Origin: Treponemataceae bacterium
GTDB lineage: Bacteria > Spirochaetota > Spirochaetia > Treponematales > Rectinemataceae
Assembly: GCA_963677895.2 (NCBI GenBank)
Contig: CAXXGJ010000025.1
Coordinates: 128,001 to 192,000 of the forward strand
Direction: 5' to 3'
DNA: 64,000 bases
The notes below the pieces were generated by a model. The model ran no database searches. It saw nothing but the letters and a program-made list of their open reading frames with translations, and was not told the origin of the DNA. This document shows positions 56,640 through 64,000 of the stretch, one piece after another (position 1 is the stretch's first letter; every line of letters begins with the position of its first letter). A program made the position numbers and the translations under genes.

Positions 56640-57682
56640 GGAGTCCCTGCCTTTTTGACATTCAGGAAACGCAAGGGATCGATGACACTCGTCCCCAGAT
56701 GCACCTCGTAATGAAGATGCGGTCCCGTGGTCTTGCCGGTGTTCCCCAAGGTGCCCAAGACCTGTCCCTGCTCAACTTGTTGACCCTTTCTCACCTTGAA
56801 GGAACGCAGGTGGCCGTATCGCGTAAGGAAACCATGACTATGCTGTATCGTGACGCAGTTCCCAAGCCCCGCGTCGTAGCTGGCGTCGATTACCTTGCCG
56901 TCGGCCGTGGCTATGATGGGATCGCCGACCCTGAACGTCGATATGTCGATGCCGTTGTGGAGGTACCATTGTCCGCCGGAAAAAGGATTCTCGTTCTGCC
57001 CGAAGTACATGGAGATATGGCCGATGCCGCTCTGAATGGGCCAAATATTGGGAATCTCGGACATGATCTCCTTTTGACCGGCGATGACCGTCGCGATCTG
57101 CTCGAGGCCGGGCGCCGCCGAATCGAGATAGTCGGCCAGACCCCGCAGCCGCTCCAGCTCCCTGTACGCCAGCCCGCCCGAATCGGGCATGTTGAGAAGT
57201 CCCGAGAGGCCGGCGGCGCGAAGGGCATCCTCGCCCGAAAGATCCGCGCCCGGCTGCCCCTTCTTGCGCGCGGCGATCGACAAGAGCTCGGAAAGCCGCG
57301 TCTCAAACCTGAGCGCGGAACCCGTCAGAGCCTCGGCGCTGTCCCGGAGTTCGTCGATCGCCGCGCGGGACAGGGCCAGCTCGTGTTTCGCGCTCTCCAG
57401 CATCGCGACAGCGGCGAGATACCGCCCCGTCGCGAAAACGGAGAAGCCGACCAGCAGCAAAAAGGCCAGGCCTGCCAGCCCGAGGATAAAGCGGCTCGCC
57501 TGGAAGCGCTTCGACGCGGCTTCGGCATGAGGCATGACGATTATGCTCGTCCTCTGCCTCGCCCAAGCCAAAAAGCGTCGGGGAAAATTGATGAATGCCT
57601 TGAAGAATGCCTTGGTGCCGGCCACAAGCCTCGCGTAGAAGATTTTTTCCTGTTTCTTGATCTCGCGCAGGCCCTCGAGCAC
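56636..57682 (-). CDS. Membrane-anchored M23 peptidase
   Basis: TM helix, coiled coil, HNGIDI (HxxxD), YGHL, TGPHLHYEV. Confidence 0.9.
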   Translation of the reverse strand: MLEGLREIKKQEKIFYARLVAGTKAFFKAFINFPRRFLAWARQRTSIIVMPHAEAASKRFQASRFILGLAGLAFLLLVGFSVFATGRYLAAVAMLESAKHELALSRAAIDELRDSAEALTGSALRFETRLSELLSIAARKKGQPGADLSGEDALRAAGLSGLLNMPDSGGLAYRELERLRGLADYLDSAAPGLEQIATVIAGQKEIMSEIPNIWPIQSGIGHISMYFGQNENPFSGGQWYLHNGIDISTFRVGDPIIATADGKVIDASYDAGLGNCVTIQHSHGFLTRYGHLRSFKVRKGQQVEQGQVLGTLGNTGKTTGPHLHYEVHLGTSVIDPLRFLNVKKAGTP

Positions 57683-57850
57683 TCGCCTCTCCTTGTTTCA
57701 CCCCTGTAAAGTGCCTGTACTCTATCACCCGCCCGGAGAAAATGTCAAACCGCGGCCCCAAATACAGGCTCCACGGCATTTATCAAAGCGGGAAAATTTA
57801 GTATATTTACGTCACACGCTTTACACTACCCTATCTCCGGAGAGGTCTGT

Positions 57851-59755
57851 ATGTCGAAATACGCATTTAAAACCGAAGTATCCCAACTTCTCGAACTCAT
57901 CACCCATTCGCTTTACTCGCACAAGGAAATTTTCCTGCGCGAGCTCGTCTCCAACGCCTCCGACGCCATAGACAAGCTCCGCTACCTGAGCATCTCGGAC
58001 GACGCCTACAAGTCCATTTCGGTCGATCCCAAGATCACCATTTTCGTCGATAACGATGCCAAGACCATCGTCGTGTCCGACAACGGCGTCGGCATGAACG
58101 AGGAAGAGCTGGCGGGCAACCTGGGCACCATAGCCCGTTCCGGCACGAAGGCTTTCATCGAAAAACTCTCCGATACCGAACGCAGGAACTCGAACCTCAT
58201 CGGCCAGTTCGGCGTCGGTTTCTACTCCGTCTTCATGATTTCGGACAATGTCGAAGTGATAAGCCGCAAGGCGGGCGGCGACGAAGCCTTTTGCTGGTCG
58301 AGCACGGGCAAGGGCGAATTCTCCATCGAACCCTCCAAGCGCGAAAGCTTCGGCACCGACGTCAAGATCCACGTAAACGAGGACGGCGGCGAATACTTGA
58401 GCCGCTGGGCTCTCGACGGCCTCCTCAAGAAGTACTCCAACCACATCGCCTACCCCATCCATCTCATTTCCCAGGAACCCAAGTACGACAAGGACGGCAA
58501 GGAAGAGGGCAAGGAATTCAAGGACGAGCAGACCAATACGGCGAGCGCCCTCTGGCGCAGGCCGAAGTCCGAGCTGGCCGACAAGGACTACATCGATTTC
58601 TACAAATCCTTTACGGGCGAGGACGACGAACCCCTCGTCTGGCTCCACACAAAGGCCGAGGGAACGATCGAGTACAATTCGCTCTTCTACATTCCCTCCA
58701 AGGTCCCCGGGGATCTGTACTACCCCGTCAGCCAGCAGGGTATCAAGCTCTACGTGCGGAGAGTCTTCATCAGCGACAAGGAAACGAACATCCTGCCCCA
58801 GTATCTGCGCTTCGTGCGCGGCGTCATCGATTCCGACGATCTGCCGCTCAACGTCAGCCGCGAGATTCTCCAGCAGAACCGGGTCATGACGACGATCCAG
58901 CAGGCTTCGCTCAAGAAAATCTTCTCCGAACTCGAATCCCTGGCCAAGAACAATCTCGAGAAATACCGCAAATTCGCCGATCTCTTCAACACCCAGATCA
59001 AGGAAGGCCTCTGCTCCGACTGGCAGAACCAGAAGACCCTCCTCGGTCTCGTACGCTACAAGAGCACGGGCGTCGAAGGCTGGACGAGCCTCGAAGAGTA
59101 CAAGGCGAGAGCCGGCGAGCGAAAAGTCATCTACTACATAACCGGCAACAATGAGGAACGCCTGCGCGCCAGCCCCCTCCTCGAGGCCTTCGCGGCCAAG
59201 GGCATCGAAGTTCTCGTCGGCTCGGACGAGATCGACGAGCTTGCCTTCGCCACCCTGGGCCAGTTCGACGGCATGTCATTCAAGAGCGTGAACCACGCCG
59301 ACAGCGACGAGGATCTTGGCACGGGCAAGGAAGGCGCCGGCGCGGCCCAGGACGAGGAAGTCGGAAAGAAAGCCGCCGAGGCCGCCAAACGCATTCTCGG
59401 CGAAAAGGTCAAGGATGTCCGCCTCTCGAAGCGCCTGGAGAAAAGCCCCTCCTGCGTCGTCATGGACAAGGACGATCCCACTCTCCAGTACCGTGAGCTG
59501 ATGAAGAGAATTTCCAACGTGGACATGCCCGAGTCGGCGCCCATCCTGGAGATCAATCCCGGACACGCCCTCGTGAGAAAGCTGGCCGAGCTCGAGGAAA
59601 AGCGCCTGGCGGCCCCGGAAGACGCCTCCATGGCGCAGGACGCCGAGGACATAGCGAACATTCTGCTCGACCAAGCGCTTCTCGCCGAGGGGCACAAGTT
59701 CATCAGGCCCGCCGAGTTCATCGAAAGGCTCAACCGCCAGCTGGCTAAGGCCTGA
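57851..59755 (+). CDS. htpG: Chaperone HtpG (Hsp90)
   Basis: FLRELVSNASDA, DNGVGM, IGQFGVGFYS, LPLNVSREILQ, LEINPGH. Confidence 0.97.
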   Translation: MSKYAFKTEVSQLLELITHSLYSHKEIFLRELVSNASDAIDKLRYLSISDDAYKSISVDPKITIFVDNDAKTIVVSDNGVGMNEEELAGNLGTIARSGTKAFIEKLSDTERRNSNLIGQFGVGFYSVFMISDNVEVISRKAGGDEAFCWSSTGKGEFSIEPSKRESFGTDVKIHVNEDGGEYLSRWALDGLLKKYSNHIAYPIHLISQEPKYDKDGKEEGKEFKDEQTNTASALWRRPKSELADKDYIDFYKSFTGEDDEPLVWLHTKAEGTIEYNSLFYIPSKVPGDLYYPVSQQGIKLYVRRVFISDKETNILPQYLRFVRGVIDSDDLPLNVSREILQQNRVMTTIQQASLKKIFSELESLAKNNLEKYRKFADLFNTQIKEGLCSDWQNQKTLLGLVRYKSTGVEGWTSLEEYKARAGERKVIYYITGNNEERLRASPLLEAFAAKGIEVLVGSDEIDELAFATLGQFDGMSFKSVNHADSDEDLGTGKEGAGAAQDEEVGKKAAEAAKRILGEKVKDVRLSKRLEKSPSCVVMDKDDPTLQYRELMKRISNVDMPESAPILEINPGHALVRKLAELEEKRLAAPEDASMAQDAEDIANILLDQALLAEGHKFIRPAEFIERLNRQLAKA

Positions 59756-59764
59756 AACGGCCGC

Positions 59765-59793
59765 GAGGGCGCCCGGCTTCGCCGGGCGCCCTC
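59765..59793. terminator. GC hairpin after htpG
   Basis: GAGGGCGCCCGGC-TTC-GCCGGGCGCCCTC; no U tract. Confidence 0.5.
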
Positions 59794-59809
59794 GTCCCAA
59801 GGAAGTAGA

Positions 59810-60421
59810 ATGGCAGGATACGACAAGCCCGATTTCTGGTCCATCAAAGCCCGGAAGGAGGGCTACCCGGCCCGCTCCGTGTATAAGCTCGAGGAGATGG
59901 TCGCAAAATTCAGCCTCTTCAAAAAAGCCTCGGGAGCAGCCGGCGGCTTCCGGATACTCGACATAGGCGCCGCTCCGGGCTCCTGGAGCCTCTGGATCCT
60001 GCGCAACCTGGCGGGCGCGGGGCAACTAACAGCCATCGACATCCAGGATCTCGGCATCTCGCCCAAGGACGCCAATTTCACTTTCATAAAAGGCAGCATC
60101 CTCGACGAGGCAGTCCGCGCCCGCCTCCGCGAGTCCGGCCCCTACTCCCTCGTCGTTTCGGACGCGGCGCCCAACACCACGGGCAACCGCCTCGTGGATC
60201 AGGGCCGCTCGGAGGAACTCGTCGAATCCGTAATGGGCCTCGCCCTCGAAGTGCTGGCGCCGGGCGGTTCGCTCGTGATGAAGATATTCCAGGGCGGGGA
60301 GGAAAAGCGCCTCATCACCGATCTCAAGACACGTTTTGATCAGGCGCGCGGATTCAAGCCCGAGGCTTGCCGGGCCATATCCTTCGAGACCTATCTCGTG
60401 GCGATGGGATTCAAGGGCTGA
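59810..60421 (+). CDS. rlmE: 23S rRNA Um2552 methyltransferase
   Basis: ARSVYKL, DIGAAPGSW, SDAAP, K...E catalytic tetrad. Confidence 0.92.
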   Translation: MAGYDKPDFWSIKARKEGYPARSVYKLEEMVAKFSLFKKASGAAGGFRILDIGAAPGSWSLWILRNLAGAGQLTAIDIQDLGISPKDANFTFIKGSILDEAVRARLRESGPYSLVVSDAAPNTTGNRLVDQGRSEELVESVMGLALEVLAPGGSLVMKIFQGGEEKRLITDLKTRFDQARGFKPEACRAISFETYLVAMGFKG

Positions 60422-60427
60422 CGAAAC

Positions 60428-60985
60428 TCAGCAGGGCAGGTTTTTCAGGTATTCGATCACTTCTTTTTTGGATGGCCTTTTGGCTATGAAAGTTCTGAAG
60501 TCCTTCTTTCCGGCCATACAGGCGATGCCCGAAAGCGCCGAAAGATGATGCTGAACTCCCGCCGACAGGATGAGGAAGAGCGTTGTTACGGGCTTGCCGT
60601 CCGGAGCGCTCCAATCGAGCGGCATGTCCAGATAGCCGATAGCCATGAAAGCGCTTTCATCATTGGCCGCTTCCTGTTTCCGCGAATGGGGAATGGCGAA
60701 CCCTTCGCCTATGGCCGTCGTGCCGAGGCGTTCCCTTTCGATAAGCGCGTTTTTCAGCGCCGCCCGATCCACGGACTTGGGTAAGCGCAGCACTTTCGCG
60801 AAGGAAGAAATCGCCTCTTCCGCGCTTCCCCCCTGGATGTTGTAATACACGTCGCCTTTTTCCAAGAGAGAACAGACAAGGCTTTTTTTGGAGATTGCGG
60901 ATCCATCGACTTTGGACGCGTCATCCTTCTGCTCAGCGGATTGCTTCACAGATATTATTCTATAGATCGGGCGAGGTTTCAGCAA
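60428..60985 (-). CDS. PTS IIA (fructose/Ntr-type) domain protein; start uncertain
   Basis: ERERLGTTAIGEGFAIPH, APDGKPV, HLSALS. Confidence 0.85.
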   Translation of the reverse strand: MLKPRPIYRIISVKQSAEQKDDASKVDGSAISKKSLVCSLLEKGDVYYNIQGGSAEEAISSFAKVLRLPKSVDRAALKNALIERERLGTTAIGEGFAIPHSRKQEAANDESAFMAIGYLDMPLDWSAPDGKPVTTLFLILSAGVQHHLSALSGIACMAGKKDFRTFIAKRPSKKEVIEYLKNLPC

Positions 60986-61039
60986 GAGATAGGCAGACCT
61001 CGGCGATAGATCGGCCCGAGCTCACTCCAGCCCGTATTC

Positions 61040-61379
61040 GAAAACGGGGGTCTGGCCAGGGAGAGCGTGGAGACTGAGGGATTTCAATATGGTTTTCTTT
61101 CCGTCATACGAGAAGCACACGTTCTCGAATCGCATATCGCCACTAAGGTGACCTCGCCCATCATGAGGCCGATACAGACCAGGATGTGCTTCCTGTACTT
61201 CCCGAGATGTGCATAAAGGGTTCGTATCACGGTTTTTCATTCTCCTCTAGATCGCTCGGACACTGGGCGCCCATAGCCTCAAGATTCCTGATCATTCGTA
61301 TATACATGAAGCGTAAAACCCCACGCTCTTTGTCCGAGAAGCCTTCGAGCATGCGTTGATCCATGTCATCGAAAGCCAT
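61040..61379 (-). pseudogene. Collapsed remnant of a MarR plus ABC exporter operon
   Basis: MarR-like C-terminus (61379..61227), ABC N-terminus from GTG 61230, then out-of-frame GDMRFENVCFSYDGKKTILKSLSLHALPGQT. Confidence 0.65.
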
Positions 61380-61564
61380 TCCGGGCAGATTTCATCAAAC
61401 TTACCAATTCTCTTTCACTTCTTGCTTTCATTCACAATCTCATTATACCCTTTCCTTTTCGATGCCGCACTTGTAATATCAACACCTGCCTCTACCCTTC
61501 CGATTCGTAATACCGCCATGACTTTATATCCTTCAGGTAATCAAGGACGCTTTTCTGCGTAGTC

Positions 61565-61917
61565 CGTCTCTTGAGTCCTTTCTTCAGAGAAAGAAACGTG
61601 CAACGCTGCCTATTGCGCCAAAGGTCACCGGCGATGTTGAAGCGCACATCATCACCTTGTATTGTAGCAACCCTCCTGAAGGTTATATGCGATGGACTGT
61701 CCGTTTGCTGGCGGACAAATGTATTGAACTTGGAATTATCGACTCCATTTCTCCAATGACGATCAACAGGACATTAAAAAAACGAATTTAAGCCTCACTT
61801 GAAAAAATACTGGTGTATTCCTCCCCAGCACAATGGTCGTTTCGTTGCCGCAATGGAAGATGTTCTGGAAGTATATAGCAGGCCCTATAACGTCAATCGT
61901 CCGGTGGTATTCATGGT
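61565..61917 (+). mobile_element. IS630-family transposase fragment
   Basis: CSNPPEGYMRWTVRLLAD...RTLKK, A7C slippage, then KPHLKKYWCIPP...FVAAMEDVLEVYSRPY...PVVFM, cut just before the catalytic DE. Confidence 0.8.
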
Positions 61918-62009
61918 TATGCTGAGCCCATCGGGTAGGGCCACTACAGAAAATTAATAAGGTGGAATTGATAGTCCCCCAATATCTGGACACTTTTCAA
62001 GTTAGAAAA

Positions 62010-62825
62010 TCAGCCTGACAGGCTGTTGGGGACACATGCCAGGGACGCGAATTCCTTAGGTGTTCTGTACCCAAGGGAGCTATGCGGTCGGAACTCGTTG
62101 TAATCCTTTCGCCACGTCTCGATTTTAATCTTCGCATCTTCTAGAGACAGAAACCAGTGCGTCTGAAGGCATTCTTCCCTGAAACTCCCGTTGAAAGATT
62201 CAATGTACGCGTTGTCTGTCGGTTTACCAGGCCGGGAAAACACAAGCCCAATGCCTTTCTGGTAAGCCCAAAGATCAAGTTCCTTCGAAACGAATTCGGG
62301 GCCATTGTCGACTCGAATTGCGGATGGTTTTTGCCGATGAATACACAATCGTTCCAACGCCTGGACCACATCCGTGCCCTTCATCGATTGGCCTATATGA
62401 GTACAAAGGCATTCCCGGGTGAAAACATCAACGACCGTCAAAGTCCTGAACCACTTTCCATTGAAAAGCTGGTCTGAGACGAAATCCATTGCCCATACCT
62501 CGTTAGCTCGACTCTCTTTTACCAGTTCTATTCGAGGCCTCGCCACCTGCTTTCTTCGTGATTTGAGCCGCATGTTGAGGTTTTCTAGACAGTAAAGACG
62601 GTAGACGCGCTTTCTGTTTATCTTCAAGCCTTCGCGTTGCAGAAGTACATGGATCCTTCGATAGCCATACTTCACCCGCGTCGTAGCGTAATCGCGAATC
62701 TTCATCCGCAAGACTTCCTGATCATCAGGATGGGGCTTGTAGTAATAGGTTGCACGGTTGAGCAATAGGACCTTACAGGCGGTCCTGATGCTTACCCGGT
62801 AGGTGGCAACAAGGTTGTCGACCAA
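62010..62825 (-). CDS. IS3 OrfB (DDE domain), expressed via -1 frameshift from OrfA
   Basis: [31 protein letters not shown]. Confidence 0.92.
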   Translation of the reverse strand: MVDNLVATYRVSIRTACKVLLLNRATYYYKPHPDDQEVLRMKIRDYATTRVKYGYRRIHVLLQREGLKINRKRVYRLYCLENLNMRLKSRRKQVARPRIELVKESRANEVWAMDFVSDQLFNGKWFRTLTVVDVFTRECLCTHIGQSMKGTDVVQALERLCIHRQKPSAIRVDNGPEFVSKELDLWAYQKGIGLVFSRPGKPTDNAYIESFNGSFREECLQTHWFLSLEDAKIKIETWRKDYNEFRPHSSLGYRTPKEFASLACVPNSLSG

Positions 62826-62845
62826 CTCATGCTTCCGGGCAAGCG

Positions 62846-63112
62846 TCAGGCTTTTTTTGACAGCACCTCCTGCAGCATGTGCTTGTCCAAGCTGAGCTCG
62901 GCAACCATCTGCTTCAAGCGCTTGTTTTCATCTTCGAGCTGCCGCAAACGTTTCAGTTCACTGGGCAGCAGCCCTGCGTACTTCTTCTTCCACCGGTAGA
63001 AGGTCTGTTCGCTGATCTCCATCTTCCGGATGATATCAGCGACGGGGGTGTCGGTTTCCGCTTGCTTCAGGGCAAAGGCAATTTGCTCATCGGTGAAGCT
63101 CGATTTCTTCAT
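62846..63112 (-). CDS. IS3 OrfA
   Basis: [18 protein letters not shown], leucine zipper; A7G slippery site at the 3' end. Confidence 0.92.
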   Translation of the reverse strand: MKKSSFTDEQIAFALKQAETDTPVADIIRKMEISEQTFYRWKKKYAGLLPSELKRLRQLEDENKRLKQMVAELSLDKHMLQEVLSKKA

Positions 63113-63219
63113 TGGACCGCTCCTTCCTGTAGTATCGCATTAAAATGCGATTACTGACATTATGAGTGTCCAGTTTTCGGGTGGCAGATCAGAATATCCT
63201 AGGAAAAGGAGTGTCCACC

Positions 63220-63522
63220 ATGAGGAAGAAGTTCGACGAGCAGTTCAAGACAATGGTTGCCCTCGAGGCAGTAAAAGAGGAGCTTACGCTCCAGGAGTTG
63301 GCCGAAAAGTATCAAGTCCACCCGAACCAGATCAGCGTCTGGAAGAAGAAGCTCCTGGAACAGTCCTCGGCGCTGTTTGAACGAAAGAACAAGAAGGACG
63401 AAGAATACAACCAGCTCAAGAAGGAAAAGGAAGAACTCTTCCGCCAGCTGGGGCAAATGCAGTATGAGAACGAATGGCTAAAAAAAAAGTACAAACAGCT
63501 GTACGGCAAAGATCCAGGCTGA
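63220..63522 (+). CDS. OrfA of a second IS3-family element
   Basis: FKTMVALEA...VHPNQISVWKK; AGGAG RBS; A9G run near 63480. Confidence 0.9.
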   Translation: MRKKFDEQFKTMVALEAVKEELTLQELAEKYQVHPNQISVWKKKLLEQSSALFERKNKKDEEYNQLKKEKEELFRQLGQMQYENEWLKKKYKQLYGKDPG

Positions 63523-64000
63523 TCGATAAAAAGGAGCCCGTCTTGTCAGTGCGACGACAGTGTGAGCTGCTCAAGGTCCAAAGGAGCTGCGTCTATTACC
63601 GCTCAAAGCCTACTCAAGACTTGAATCATGAGCGTCATAAGGCGCTTATCCTCGCCATAAACGGGAAGTTGCCCTTCTATGGCTATCGAAAGATCACGCT
63701 GGAACTGCAGTCAAAGAAAAGTGAGCTCAGCCAAAAGCAGGTTCGAAGGCTCATGCATTCAATGCATCTTAAAGCGTCGCATGCCAAGAGAATGACCAGC
63801 ATGAAGCATCCTGAGAATCCTATCTATCCGTACCTGTTGAAGAATATCGTTGTACGATATCCCAACCAGGTGTGGATCTCGGATCTGACGTACATTAAGC
63901 TTCCATGGCTTGGATATGTGTACCTCGTCGCTATCATGGATCTCTATAGCCGCAAGGTGCTGTCCTGGAAGCTTTCCAACAGCATGGACTCATTATTCTA
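63519..64000 (+). CDS. OrfB of the second IS3 element, running off the window
   Basis: LSVRRQCELL, PFYGYRKI, YPYLL...PNQVWISDLTYI, DLYSRKVLSW. Confidence 0.88.
   Translation, partial: MIDKKEPVLSVRRQCELLKVQRSCVYYRSKPTQDLNHERHKALILAINGKLPFYGYRKITLELQSKKSELSQKQVRRLMHSMHLKASHAKRMTSMKHPENPIYPYLLKNIVVRYPNQVWISDLTYIKLPWLGYVYLVAIMDLYSRKVLSWKLSNSMDSLF

Larger units (their letters stand above)
61969..63191 (-). mobile_element. Complete IS3-family element (IS407 group), 1223 bp
   Basis: Imperfect TG...CA terminal IRs sharing CTGGACACT; 4 bp GAAT duplication at 61965-61968 and 63192-63195. Confidence 0.92.

Overview
A GC-rich bacterial chromosome segment, probably from an anaerobic spirochete (inferred from gene content and style, not proven). 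From left to right it holds: (1) a pectin/oligogalacturonide locus (kduD 3' end, YhcH, kdgK, CE8, GH28, a LacI-sensor/pseudo-kinase/AraC fusion, ABC importer, GH105), then a serine hydrolase bracketed by two diverged copies of the GH105 3' end; (2) an ArsR-DsrE2-TusA-DsrM-like-DsrK-like sulfur/redox operon beside Rrf2-hcp; (3) a DUF72-imuB-dnaE2 mutagenesis cassette; (4) a ~10 kb AT-richer island of two convergent operons (C-S lyase, OCD/mu-crystallin protein, creatininase, Opp-type ABC, RidA, YheO-type regulator) with near-identical inward-facing promoter/operators at both ends; (5) FadR-TRAP-IlvD, arfB, bcp, WYL-GyrI, a PaaX-like unit and CdaR-GntP-TPR-glycerate kinase; (6) aspS, a Tat-signal split-Soret-type cytochrome c with System II maturation genes, ricT/yaaT, bactofilin-M23, htpG, rlmE and PTS IIA; (7) a decayed MarR-ABC remnant and three nested IS elements. 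The best candidates for an undescribed system are the DsrMK-like/TusA/DsrE2 module with no dsrC nearby and the twin-promoter catabolic island. No CRISPR array, tRNA or rRNA was seen. All calls come from motif recognition by eye; no searches were run.
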